This document shows, one piece after another, positions 10,267 to 19,277 of a stretch of 64,000 bases of DNA; the stretch's first letter is position 1; every line of letters starts with the position of its first letter. A program made the position numbers and the translations under genes. The notes beneath the pieces were generated by a model that saw only the letters and a program-made list of their open reading frames with translations, searched no databases and had not been told where the DNA came from. The DNA lies in assembly GCA_019347695.1 (NCBI GenBank), contig JAHWKT010000001.1, forward strand, positions 24,230 to 88,229, written 5' to 3'. This stretch comes from Actinomycetota bacterium (GTDB taxonomy: Bacteria; Actinomycetota; Nitriliruptoria; Euzebyales; JAHELV01).

Positions 10267-11349
10267 TCACCCGGCGACGGTCACGCCCCGGGCTGCGATC
10301 CGGAAGTCGTGGGGGCTGGTCGCCGCGTCCAGTGCCGCGTCCATCGAGATGACACCCTGGCCGTACAGCTCGAGCAGGTGCTGATCGAACGTCTGCATGC
10401 CGTAGTACTCGCCCTCGGCGATCGCATCCGGCAGCTGGTCGGTCTTGTCGGAGTCGAGCACGAACTCGCGCATCCGCAGACTCATCACCAGCACCTCGAC
10501 GACGGCGACCAGGCCGCCGGAGACGCGTGGCACCAGCCGCTGCGAGACCACACCCTTCAGCGACTCGGCCAGTGCGATCCGCGTCTGCTCCTGCTGATGT
10601 GGTGGGAACAGGTCGATCACCCGGTTGACCGTCTGCGTCGCGTCGGTGGTGTGCAGGGTGGACAGCACGAGATGGCCGGTCTCGGCGGCCTGCAGCGCCG
10701 CCGCCACGGTCTCGGTGTCGCGCATCTCACCGATGAAGATGACGTCGGGATCCTGTCGGGCCACCGAGCGCATCGCCGTGGTGAAGTTGCTGGTGTCCAC
10801 GCCGATCTCGCGCTGATCCACGATCGCCAGGTTGTCGGAGTGCAGGATCTCGATCGGGTCCTCGATCGTGACGACGTGACACCGGCGGGTCGCGTTGATG
10901 TGTCCGAGCATCGCCGCGGTGGTCGTCGTCTTGCCCGACCCGGTGGGGCCGGTCACGAGCACCAGGCCGCGGTGCTCCTCGGCGAGGCCCCGCACGGCCG
11001 CCGGCAGCCGCAGTTGCTCCAACGTCTGGTTCTCGCCGAGGACGCGGCGCAGCACGAGCCCCGCCGAGCTACGCTGCCGGAACGCCGCGACACGGAACCG
11101 GCCCAGGCCGGCGACCGAGTACGCGAAGTCGGCTTCGCCGCCGTTCTCGTACGCCTCGCGCTGCGCCTCGGGCATGAGCTGCTCGATGAATGTCGCGGTG
11201 TCCTCGGGTGTCAGCGCGGGCAGCGCGTCGACCTGGTGCAGCGCGCCCGACACGCGGATGTAGGCGGGGCCGCCGGCCTTGAGGTGCAGGTCGGAGCCGT
11301 CCCATTGGCTGGTGAGTCGCAGGTAGTCCAAGAGGTCTGGCACGATCAT
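10267..11349 (-). CDS. pilT: Type IV pilus retraction ATPase PilT family
   Basis: DLHL..G.P...R..G, Walker A GPTGSGKTTT, Walker B VIFIGEMRD and His-box GHLVLSTLHT. Start set at the ATG at 11349 (MIVPDLLDYL); the track start at 11469 looks over-extended. Confidence 0.85.
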   Translation of the reverse strand: MIVPDLLDYLRLTSQWDGSDLHLKAGGPAYIRVSGALHQVDALPALTPEDTATFIEQLMPEAQREAYENGGEADFAYSVAGLGRFRVAAFRQRSSAGLVLRRVLGENQTLEQLRLPAAVRGLAEEHRGLVLVTGPTGSGKTTTTAAMLGHINATRRCHVVTIEDPIEILHSDNLAIVDQREIGVDTSNFTTAMRSVARQDPDVIFIGEMRDTETVAAALQAAETGHLVLSTLHTTDATQTVNRVIDLFPPHQQEQTRIALAESLKGVVSQRLVPRVSGGLVAVVEVLVMSLRMREFVLDSDKTDQLPDAIAEGEYYGMQTFDQHLLELYGQGVISMDAALDAATSPHDFRIAARGVTVAG

Positions 11350-11508
11350 CCTCACACGTACTCGCTGACACGGGTGTCCGACACTGTTGTCGGCCGGCGC
11401 GTCGCGTATCGGAGGGGTTCTGCCAGGCGAATTATCCTTGCGCGACATGCATGCCCGGCCGCGCGTCACATCGCCCGCGCCCGACCGCCCGTCGGTCGGG
11501 CACGCCGC

Positions 11509-13212
11509 GTGAGCGAACCTCAGCAGCCCGCCCCGGCAGGCGGGGGCCAGGTCGATCCCGCCGGGTCGCGGAACTCGGCACTTGTGGCGGCCGGGATCCT
11601 GCTGTCACGGATCAGCGGCCTGGTGCGCACCGCCGTCATCGCGCGCTTCCTGGGCGTCAGCGCGGTGGCCGACGCTTTCCAGGCCGCCATGCGCATCCCG
11701 AACCTGTTGCAGAATCTGCTGGGCGAAGGCGTGCTGTCGGCATCGTTCATCCCCGTCTACAGCCGTCTGCTCGCGCAGGGCCGCGACGCCGAGGCCGGAC
11801 GGGTCGCCGGGGCGATCGCCGGATTGCTGTCGACGCTGACCGGCGTGCTCGCGTTGCTCGGCGTCGTCTTCGCCGCGCCCATCACGCGACTGGTCGCCAT
11901 CGGGTTCACCGGCCGCACGCTCGAGCTGGCCATCACGCTCACCCGGATCCTGTTCCCCGGCGTCGGGTTCCTCGTGCTGTCGGCATGGTGCCTTGGGGTC
12001 CTCAACAGCCACCGGCGCTTCTTCCTGTCGTATGTGGCGCCGGTGATCTGGAACGTCACCCAGGTCGCGGTGCTCGTCGCCGCCGTCGTGCTCATCGACG
12101 GCGACGTGCTGTCGGCCACGCCGTCGACCGCTGTGCTCGAGCAGCTCGCGATCGCACTCGCCTGGGGGGTGCTCGCCGGGGGCGTGTTGCAGTTCGCGGT
12201 GCAGCTGCCCGCGGTGCTGCGCTCAGCCGGACCCGTGCGGCCATCGCTGGACACCCGCCTCGCCGGCGTCCGCGGCACGCTGCGCGCCTTCTGGCCAGTG
12301 GTCACCGGCCGCGGCGTCGTGCAACTGATGATCTACGTCGACATCGCGCTGGCCAGCCTGCTCGCGGAAGGGGCCGTATCGGCGCTCGAGTACGCCACGC
12401 GGCTCGTCCTGCTGCCGATCAGCCTGTTCGGCATGAGCGCGGCCGCCTCCGAGCTGCCGGCGTTGTCGTCGCTCGACACACATGAACGCGCCGGCGTCGC
12501 GCGCAGACTGGCGCCCGCGCTCGCCCGCATCGCCTTCTTCGTCGTGCCGACCATCGCCGCGTTCGTCGTCCTCGGCGACCTGCTCTACGACGTGGTGCTG
12601 CCACCGTTGCCTGCCACCCTGGTGTGGCTGGTCCTGCTGGGCTCGACCGTCGGGCTGCTGTCCAACACCTCGTCGAGGCTGCTGCAGTCCGCCCTGTACG
12701 CCAGCGGCGACACGCGGACACCGACGCGGTACGCGATCATGCGCGTGGTGGTCGCCGCGCTGGTCGGCGCGGCGCTGATGCTGCAGTTCGACCGCGTCGT
12801 GCTGACCGAGGCAGGCTACGCCGTGCAGGGATCCCTGCCGGCGTTCACGCCGCTGCCGCCGGACGTGCGCGGCACCGACCCGACCGAGGCGCTGCGGCTG
12901 GGCGCCGTCGGGCTTGCGCTCGCGGCCGGCGCGTCGTCGTGGCTTGAGTTCGGACTGCTACGGCGACATCTGACCCGGCACCGCGGCATCGCGGTGCGCC
13001 TCGGCGGTGGGCAGCTGCAGCGGACGGGCCTGGCAGGCGCGCTCGCCGGCGCCGCCGGCCTCGTCGTCCGCCTGCTGCTCGCCGACCATCCCCTGCCGGT
13101 GCTCCTCCCGGCGACCGGAGCCACGATCGGCTTGTCCTACCTCGCGCTCGCGGCTGCGCTGCGGCTGCCGCAGATCGCGGAGGTGCGGCGGGTCCTGCCC
13201 AGGCGCCGGTGA
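11509..13212 (+). CDS. murJ: Lipid II flippase MurJ (MviN)
   Basis: LLSRISGLVRTAVIARFLG...ADAFQAAMRIPNLLQNLLGEGVLSASFIPVY and multiple TM helices. Start set at the GTG at 11509. The first ~400 codons of track ORF 10309..13212 are antisense to pilT and are rejected. Confidence 0.85.
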   Translation: MSEPQQPAPAGGGQVDPAGSRNSALVAAGILLSRISGLVRTAVIARFLGVSAVADAFQAAMRIPNLLQNLLGEGVLSASFIPVYSRLLAQGRDAEAGRVAGAIAGLLSTLTGVLALLGVVFAAPITRLVAIGFTGRTLELAITLTRILFPGVGFLVLSAWCLGVLNSHRRFFLSYVAPVIWNVTQVAVLVAAVVLIDGDVLSATPSTAVLEQLAIALAWGVLAGGVLQFAVQLPAVLRSAGPVRPSLDTRLAGVRGTLRAFWPVVTGRGVVQLMIYVDIALASLLAEGAVSALEYATRLVLLPISLFGMSAAASELPALSSLDTHERAGVARRLAPALARIAFFVVPTIAAFVVLGDLLYDVVLPPLPATLVWLVLLGSTVGLLSNTSSRLLQSALYASGDTRTPTRYAIMRVVVAALVGAALMLQFDRVVLTEAGYAVQGSLPAFTPLPPDVRGTDPTEALRLGAVGLALAAGASSWLEFGLLRRHLTRHRGIAVRLGGGQLQRTGLAGALAGAAGLVVRLLLADHPLPVLLPATGATIGLSYLALAAALRLPQIAEVRRVLPRRR

Positions 13213-13291
13213 ACCAGACTGCCGCTTACGTGCGCGCCAGCGCGGCCGACGGACGATGGCACACCGGAGTCTGATCTGTGGAGCCGACACC

Positions 13292-13684
13292 ATGGACCTC
13301 GCGTCCGAGCGCGGCACGGCACGGATGACGTCCACCATCCATGTGGTGACCGTCGTGCTCATCGTGTCGCTGCTCACCTTCGATCTGGGCGCGATCGTCG
13401 TCAACATCTTCCAGCTGGACGAGCTCAGTCACCAGGCCGCGCAGTCGGCCGCCGTCGCCTACCGGCGCGCCCCCACGAACGCCGTGGTCGAGGCCGCGGT
13501 GCGCGACGAGGTGGCCGATCACGGCAACGTCCGGATCGACCGGATCGCGCTGGACCGCACGTCGGTGTGGGTCACGTTGCGCCGACCGCCGCCGGTTGTC
13601 TTGGTCGACAAGCTGCCTGCGGTGCGCCGTCGCATCGACATGGCGATCACCCAACAGGCCGCGCTGCACCCTGAGGGCCTGTAG
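13292..13684 (+). CDS. Small membrane protein with a TadE/pseudopilin-like N-terminus (hypothetical)
   Basis: MDLASERGTARMTSTIHVVTVVLIVSLLTFDLGAIV...AAQSAAVA resembles the TadE-like pattern (ERG.A..E/..TM..FG), but the usual Glu is replaced. An alternative start is the ATG at 13325. Confidence 0.35.
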   Translation: MDLASERGTARMTSTIHVVTVVLIVSLLTFDLGAIVVNIFQLDELSHQAAQSAAVAYRRAPTNAVVEAAVRDEVADHGNVRIDRIALDRTSVWVTLRRPPPVVLVDKLPAVRRRIDMAITQQAALHPEGL

Positions 13685-13685
13685 G

Positions 13686-13720
13686 GCGTGGGTTGGGCGC
13701 GCGGCGCGCCCGACCCACGC
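13686..13720. terminator. Long GC hairpin (16-bp stem, one G-U pair, 3-nt loop) between the TadE-like gene and the kinase gene
   Basis: GCGTGGGTTGGGCGCG / CGCGCCCGACCCACGC. Confidence 0.5.
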
Positions 13721-13939
13721 GCTACGACAGCCGCACTCCGGCCGCTCGCGAACGGTTAGACTCGGTTCCTGGTTCAACGGCCCGACGGGTGAGTCGTTCT
13801 ACAGTGAGCAACCACATGGACCCGGGCTCTCGCGCACCGACCGAGATCCCAGACCATCACGCAGCCGGGTGTCCCGCCCGTGGCGTTGCACTCGCGGGTC
13901 ACGGGCCGATCCACCGTCACGCGGTGCGTGCGGGGTGAC

Positions 13940-15538
13940 ATGAGCGACGACGTCGATCGCACGGGAGTGCTGACGGGGGGAGGGCCCGAACCCGACCCTT
14001 CTCTGCCACCCCGTGTGCTCAGCGACCGCTACCTGCTCGAGGAGCGCATCGCGATCGGCGGCATGGCCACGGTCTGGCGCGCGCATGATGAGAAGCTCGC
14101 CCGCACGGTCGCCGTCAAGCTGCTCCACAAGCATCTGTCGAGCGACCGCGACTTCCGCGAGCGGTTCCGTCGCGAGGCCGTCGCCGCGGCGAAGTTGGCC
14201 CACCCCGGCATCGTCGGCATCTACGACACCGGGCGCGACGGGGACTGGGTGTACCTGGTCATGGAGTTCGTGCAGGGCGTGACCATGCGCGAAGTCATGA
14301 TCCAGTACGAGCGCCTCGAACCAGGCCTGGCCGCGAGCATCGGCATGCGCGTCGCGTTCGCGCTCGACTTCGCGCACGAACGCGCGCTGGTCCACCGGGA
14401 CGTCAAACCGGCCAACATCCTGCTCGGTCACGAGGGCGCCGTGAAGGTCGCCGACTTCGGGATCGTCAAGGTCGAGCACACGCGCAGCGAGCTGACCAAG
14501 ACCGGCATGGTGCTCGGGACCGCCGCGTACGTCGCGCCGGAGCAGGTGGAGGACAGCGCCGTCGACGGCCGGGCCGACCAGTACTCGCTGGGCTGCGTCC
14601 TGTACGAGGCGCTGAGCGGTCAGCAGCCGTTCTCCGCATCGTCCACGGTGGCCATCGCCGCGCAGCGGCTCGACCACGAACCGCTGCCGTTGCGATCGCT
14701 GCGCGCCGATGTGCTCCGCGAGCTCGACGACGTGGTCATGCGGGCGCTGGCTCGCGACCCGGACGCCCGCCACCCCAACTGCCGCGCGTTCGCGGAGGCG
14801 CTCGAGCCGTGGGCACGCGCCGACGAGGCGCTCACCCAGACGACACAGATGCTCGTGCGCGGCGAGACGCTGCCGGACGTCGACGAGGCACCGTACGTCT
14901 CGCAGCCCATCAACAGTCGCTCGTTCCTGCGCAGTGAGGGGCGCTGGCTGGCGTCGGTGCTCGCGCTCGTCGCGTTCTCGGCGCTGCTCATCGCCGTGGG
15001 AGTCGCGACCGGCGTGTTCGAGATCCGGGGCGTGCCCAGCCTCACCGCGACCAGCGACGACGCGACGACCCCGTCGGTCACGCCGCAGGAGCTCACGATC
15101 GCCGAGCTGTCGACGCTCGACCCGCAGGGCTCGCCACCGACCGAGAACGACGACCTGCTCAGCGAGCTGATCGACGGCGATCCCGAGACCCGCTGGCGCA
15201 CGGACACCTACAGCGCGGCCGACTTCGGCAACCTCAAGGACGGGCTCGGCGTCGTCGTCGACCTCGGCGCACCCGCCCAGATCAGCGAGATCACGCTGGA
15301 TACACCGAGCGCCGGGGTCAACTACGACATCCGCGTCGCAGATGAGAAGCTCGACGACCCCGGGGCATGGAACACGATCGCCGAGCTGCGCGGCTCGCGG
15401 CCACGGGAGCACATCACCCCCCAGGAGCAGATCGAGGCCCGGTACCTGATGATCTGGATCGTCGCGCCGCTCGTGAACTACGACAAGGGCCCGAGTGCCG
15501 CGTTCTCCGAGATCTCGATCGAGGGCATCCGCCCATGA
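13940..15538 (+). CDS. Transmembrane Ser/Thr protein kinase with an extracellular discoidin/F5-8-type-C-like domain (counterpart of the kinase-like C-terminal half of Mtb MviN Rv3910)
   Basis: IGGMATVW, VAVKLL, RFRREA, VHRDVKPANILL, VADFGI and YVAPEQ are all intact. TM helix WLASVLALVAFSALLIAVGVA. C-terminus DGDPETRWRTD...ARYLMIWI. An alternative start is at 13880. Confidence 0.8.
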   Translation: MSDDVDRTGVLTGGGPEPDPSLPPRVLSDRYLLEERIAIGGMATVWRAHDEKLARTVAVKLLHKHLSSDRDFRERFRREAVAAAKLAHPGIVGIYDTGRDGDWVYLVMEFVQGVTMREVMIQYERLEPGLAASIGMRVAFALDFAHERALVHRDVKPANILLGHEGAVKVADFGIVKVEHTRSELTKTGMVLGTAAYVAPEQVEDSAVDGRADQYSLGCVLYEALSGQQPFSASSTVAIAAQRLDHEPLPLRSLRADVLRELDDVVMRALARDPDARHPNCRAFAEALEPWARADEALTQTTQMLVRGETLPDVDEAPYVSQPINSRSFLRSEGRWLASVLALVAFSALLIAVGVATGVFEIRGVPSLTATSDDATTPSVTPQELTIAELSTLDPQGSPPTENDDLLSELIDGDPETRWRTDTYSAADFGNLKDGLGVVVDLGAPAQISEITLDTPSAGVNYDIRVADEKLDDPGAWNTIAELRGSRPREHITPQEQIEARYLMIWIVAPLVNYDKGPSAAFSEISIEGIRP

Positions 15539-15557
15539 CCGGCGCGTAGGATGCGCC

Positions 15558-16151
15558 ATGGTGACCGATCAGGAACTGGTGGACCGCGTCCGGGCCGGTG
15601 ACGACACCGCGTTCGATGTGCTCGTCGATCGCCATGCCGACCACGTGTACGCCATCTGCCTGCGCTACTTCGGCGATCCCCACGACGCGGAGGACGCCAT
15701 GCAGGCGGCGTTCCTGGCGTGCTACCGGGGCCTGGCGACGTTCCGCGGGCAGGCCGCCCTGTCGACGTGGCTGTACCGGGTCGCGACCAACGCCTGCCAC
15801 GATCTGGCCAGACGCGGGCGCCGCCAGCCCCGCACGGTGCAGCTCGACGACCGACGCCACGGCGATCACGAGCCCTTCGATCAGGCGACGGTCGATCGCC
15901 TCGCGGCAGCAGAGCTGCAGCCGCAGCTGCTCGACGCGCTCGCACAGCTCGATGCCGACCAGCGACGGGCGGTCCTGCTGCGCGATGTCGTCGGCGCCAG
16001 CTACACCGAGATCGCCGACGCGCAGGCGGTCGCCGTGGGCACCGCGAAGTCGCGCGTGCACCGCGCCCACGCACGCCTGGCCGAGATTCTCCAACCGACA
16101 CGGAACCAACCACCCCGCCGCAGCACTCCAACAGTGCAGGATACGCCGTAG
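15558..16151 (+). CDS. sigM: ECF (group IV) sigma-70 factor
   Basis: ELVDRVRAGDDTAFDVLVDRH...AEDAMQAAFL...STWLYRVATNACHD and region 4 YTEIADAQAVAVGTAKSRVHRA. The symbol is assigned only by synteny with Rv3911. Confidence 0.8.
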   Translation: MVTDQELVDRVRAGDDTAFDVLVDRHADHVYAICLRYFGDPHDAEDAMQAAFLACYRGLATFRGQAALSTWLYRVATNACHDLARRGRRQPRTVQLDDRRHGDHEPFDQATVDRLAAAELQPQLLDALAQLDADQRRAVLLRDVVGASYTEIADAQAVAVGTAKSRVHRAHARLAEILQPTRNQPPRRSTPTVQDTP

Positions 16152-17012
16152 ATGAGTGACCGCCACGACACCGACGCCGACGCCCTCGACGAGGGCGTGC
16201 TGCTCGCTGCCTACCTCGACGGCGACACCGATGACATGACCACCCGGCGGCTCGAGCGCCGGCTCGCCGAGGATGCGCGGCTGGCGGCGCGGTTGGACGC
16301 GATCGCGGAGACCCGCGCGCAGCTGCAACGGCTCGACGATGTCCGCGCCACTTCCGCCGCGCGTCAGCGCGTCAAGGACGAGCTCGCCCGCCACCGCGAG
16401 ACGCCCGAGGTCACGCGCGCACAGCGACCAGCGACGCTGCGGTGGGTGACGCGGTTCGCTCCGCTCGCCGCCGCGGCCGCGGTGGCCGTGATCGCCGTGC
16501 TCGGCCTCGCGACCGTGCTGCCCGCCCTGTCGGGCGGCGACTCCGCGCAAGAGGAGTCCGGGGCGCAAGGCGCGGCGGAGGAGGGCGGGGGCGTGGACGC
16601 CGGGGGGGACGACAGCGACGACGGTGCCGATGGGGGGTTGGAGGCCGCCGCCGAGGCACCGCAGGCGCTGTCTGAGGAGTCGTCGGGCCGCAGCGGCTCC
16701 GAAACCGCAGCGGACGCCACGGCCGTGGCCCCGCCCGCGACGGTCACCGGCGACGCCGACATCGTCGCGCGGGCCGAGCGCCTGCGCGACGGTCCATCCA
16801 CCGACCTGCGGCGCCGCGAGCGCCGGCTGCGCCGTGACGCCGCGCTGCCGGCGGGACCGACGTGTGTGGACGACGTCGACGCCGCGACCGTCGACCTGAT
16901 CGTCGAGGACGGGCGCACCGCCCTGGCGGTGCTCCTCGACGACGGGAGCGGGCAGATCGTCATGCTCGACCCGACGACCTGCGCGCCGATCCGGATGATC
17001 TCCACGGACTGA
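16152..17012 (+). CDS. Anti-sigma factor (single TM helix, no ZAS cysteines)
   Basis: The ATG directly abuts the sigma-factor stop. N-terminal LLAAYLDGD...RRLERRL helix, TM RFAPLAAAAAVAVIAVLGLATVL, acidic Gly/Ala-rich ectodomain. Confidence 0.6.
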   Translation: MSDRHDTDADALDEGVLLAAYLDGDTDDMTTRRLERRLAEDARLAARLDAIAETRAQLQRLDDVRATSAARQRVKDELARHRETPEVTRAQRPATLRWVTRFAPLAAAAAVAVIAVLGLATVLPALSGGDSAQEESGAQGAAEEGGGVDAGGDDSDDGADGGLEAAAEAPQALSEESSGRSGSETAADATAVAPPATVTGDADIVARAERLRDGPSTDLRRRERRLRRDAALPAGPTCVDDVDAATVDLIVEDGRTALAVLLDDGSGQIVMLDPTTCAPIRMISTD

Positions 17013-17024
17013 CGGCGCCAGCCG

Positions 17025-17066
17025 AGAGGTCGTGCCGGTCCGAGCAGCCCTACCGGCGCGACCTCT
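17025..17066. terminator. Bidirectional hairpin in the convergent spacer (14-bp stem with one G-U pair)
   Basis: AGAGGTCGTGCCGG (17025-17038) pairs with CCGGCGCGACCTCT (17053-17066). Confidence 0.5.
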
Positions 17067-17560
17067 TAGCCGTGGAGGCCTCTGATGGCCAGCCAGATCG
17101 CGGCGGGATACGCGAGGATCAGCAGGCCGGCCCCGACGGGCAGCGGGTTCCCGAACGCGACGAGCAGCCCGACCGCGACCGCGACCGTCGCAAGGCCCAT
17201 CGCGATGCCGCGGAACGGCTGCTGGCTCTGCCCGCGTGCACCCCACCGCACGACGCGGCCGATGAGGAACCCGAGCAGCGCCGCCATGATCACCGATCCG
17301 AACCGAACGGTCGCGAGCAGCTGCGCGTACACGACGCCCCCCACGAGCGCGGCGGTGATGCCCCCACCGAGCACGCGCACGTAGTGCTCCGGCTTGCCGA
17401 GGGCACGCGCCGAACGGGGCGTCCTGGCGCATTGCGGGCACTTCTGACCGACCGCGGCGGTGTGCATGCAGCGGGTGCAGATCGGATCGCCGCACGTCGA
17501 ACACGCGATCCGGGTCTCGACGTCCGGGTGGTTGACGCAGGTCTGCACGATTTCGGTCAC
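17066..17560 (-). CDS. Membrane protein with an N-terminal B-box-like zinc ribbon
   Basis: VTEIVQTCVNHPDVETRIACSTCGDPICTRCMH...KCPQC followed by 3-4 TM helices. The GTG at 17560 is preceded by AAGGTGG. The track start at 17713 is probably over-extended. Confidence 0.5.
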   Translation of the reverse strand: MTEIVQTCVNHPDVETRIACSTCGDPICTRCMHTAAVGQKCPQCARTPRSARALGKPEHYVRVLGGGITAALVGGVVYAQLLATVRFGSVIMAALLGFLIGRVVRWGARGQSQQPFRGIAMGLATVAVAVGLLVAFGNPLPVGAGLLILAYPAAIWLAIRGLHG

Positions 17561-17654
17561 GGGCCCCACCTTAGAACGCGTGCGCGCACCGCGTATGCGC
17601 AGTGCAGCCGAGACGACAGGCTCGACTGGGTGCCGCCGCCGCACGTGCGCCGGC

Positions 17655-17681
17655 GGAATATCCTGCACCGGTCTCCACGTT
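17655..17681 (+). promoter_or_regulatory. SigR/SigH-type promoter upstream of trxB (GGAAT-N19-GTT)
   Basis: GGAATATCCTGCACCGGTCTCCACGTT. The established SigR/SigH consensus is GGAAT-N18-19-GTT, and trxB is a classical target. Confidence 0.45.
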
Positions 17682-17745
17682 TGCACCAACGACCGACACG
17701 CACTTGCCCACATCCGGGATCGACTGGCAAGGGATCGACTCGCAC

Positions 17746-18690
17746 ATGACAGACGACGTGGTGCACGACGTCATCATCATCGGCTCCGGGCCGGCGGGGC
17801 TGACCGCCGCCCTGTACGCGGCACGCGCATCGCTGCAGCCGCTCATGATCGAAGGTCGCGCCGCCGGCGGTCAGCTGATGCTCACGACCGACGTCGAGAA
17901 CTACCCGGGCTTCCCCGACGGTGTGATGGGCCCGGCACTCATGGCCGACATGCGCAAGCAGGCCGAGCGCTTCGGGACCACGTTCATGTCCCAGGATGTC
18001 GACGCGGTCGACCTCGCGTCGGGATCGCCGTTCACCGTCGGGGTCGGCGGGGACACCTACCGCGCGCGGACCATCATCATCTCCACCGGCGCGAAGGCAC
18101 GCTGGCTGGAGCTGCCCAACGAGCAGCGCCTCATCGGCAAGGGCGTGTCGAGCTGCGCGACCTGCGACGGCTTCTTCTTCCGTGACCTCAAGCTCGTCGT
18201 GGTCGGCGGCGGTGACTCCGCGATGGAGGAGGCGACGTTTCTGACCAAGTTCGCGAGCTCCGTGACGATCGTGCACCGTCGCGACGAGCTGCGGGCGTCC
18301 AAGGTGATGCAAGATCGGGCCTTCGCGAACGACAAGATTGATTTCGTCTGGAACGCCGAGGTGACCGATGTCATCGGCGACGAGAAGGTGTCGGCGGTCG
18401 AGCTGACCGACACGCAGACTGGCGAGCAGCGGGTGCTCGACACCGACGGGCTGTTCGTGGCGATCGGGCACGACCCCGAGACCAACCTGTTCGCCGACCA
18501 GCTCGACCTCGACGATCAGGGCTACATCATCGTCGACGAACCGAGCACCCGGACCAGCGTGCCCGGCGTGTTCGCGGCCGGCGACGTGGTCGACCACACC
18601 TACCGCCAGGCGGTCACCGCCGCCGGCATGGGCTGCAAGGCGGCGATGGACGCCGAGCATCACCTCGGCATCGACGCCCACAACTGGTAG
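17746..18690 (+). CDS. trxB: Thioredoxin-disulfide reductase
   Basis: [19 protein letters not shown] and the CATCDGFF redox centre. Start at the ATG at 17746 (MTDDVVHDV). Confidence 0.95.
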   Translation: MTDDVVHDVIIIGSGPAGLTAALYAARASLQPLMIEGRAAGGQLMLTTDVENYPGFPDGVMGPALMADMRKQAERFGTTFMSQDVDAVDLASGSPFTVGVGGDTYRARTIIISTGAKARWLELPNEQRLIGKGVSSCATCDGFFFRDLKLVVVGGGDSAMEEATFLTKFASSVTIVHRRDELRASKVMQDRAFANDKIDFVWNAEVTDVIGDEKVSAVELTDTQTGEQRVLDTDGLFVAIGHDPETNLFADQLDLDDQGYIIVDEPSTRTSVPGVFAAGDVVDHTYRQAVTAAGMGCKAAMDAEHHLGIDAHNW

Positions 18691-18749
18691 CGGATCCCGG
18701 TGCGCGCCCCGGACGTCCACGACGACGGTGCTGGGCAGGCCCCCGCCGG

Positions 18750-18775
18750 GGAATATCCTCCCTGCCGCAACCGTT
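18750..18775 (+). promoter_or_regulatory. SigR/SigH-type promoter upstream of trxA (GGAAT-N18-GTT)
   Basis: GGAATATCCTCCCTGCCGCAACCGTT. It shares the extended -35 GGAATATCCT with the trxB site. Confidence 0.55.
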
Positions 18776-18868
18776 GGACCGCACGAGTCCCGTGTTCGGC
18801 GGAGCGACCTCAGTGCGATCGACACCGCAGGGCTCCGTGACGTCTCCGTATCGTTGGAAGGCAGAAGA

Positions 18869-19192
18869 TTGAGCAACACCACCGTAGTCACCGACACCAG
18901 CTGGGACACCGAGGTGCTCCAGGCCGACACGCCGGTGCTGGTCGACTTCTGGGCCGAGTGGTGCGGGCCCTGCCGGATGGTCAGCCCCATCGTTGACGAG
19001 CTGGCTACAGAACACCCCGACAGCCTCAAGGTCGTCAAGCTCAACGTGGACGACAACCCCGACATCGCGCGCAGGTACCGCGTGATGTCGATCCCGACCC
19101 TGATGGTGTTCGCGGACGGCGACGAGCGCAGGCGCATCGTCGGCGCACGCGGCAAGGCCCAGCTGCTCAACGAGATGTCGGAGTTCATCTGA
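18869..19192 (+). CDS. trxA: Thioredoxin
   Basis: WAEWCGPC active site. TTG start at 18869 preceded by GGAAGG. The track ORF start at 18728 is over-extended. Confidence 0.9.
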   Translation: MSNTTVVTDTSWDTEVLQADTPVLVDFWAEWCGPCRMVSPIVDELATEHPDSLKVVKLNVDDNPDIARRYRVMSIPTLMVFADGDERRRIVGARGKAQLLNEMSEFI

Positions 19193-19277
19193 CCTGACGA
19201 TCCCGGGTTGTCGGTTCGGCGGTCCGTCCGTCACCGCTGCCGCGCGGCCTGGCGACCGAGGCGCTACCGTCGGGTCC

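Noticed and set aside
10309-11508. The first ~400 codons of the 967-aa plus-strand ORF 10309..13212.
   Set aside because: This part is antisense to a well-supported pilT gene and has Arg/Gly/His-rich low-complexity composition. Only the part from the GTG at 11509 matches MurJ.
13799-17504. Very long minus-strand ORFs (13799..15559, 586 aa, and 15414..17504, 696 aa).
   Set aside because: Both are antisense to the kinase, sigma and anti-sigma genes. Their composition is Arg/Pro/Gly-rich and they carry no recognisable motifs. This is the typical absence of stops on the antisense strand in high-GC DNA.
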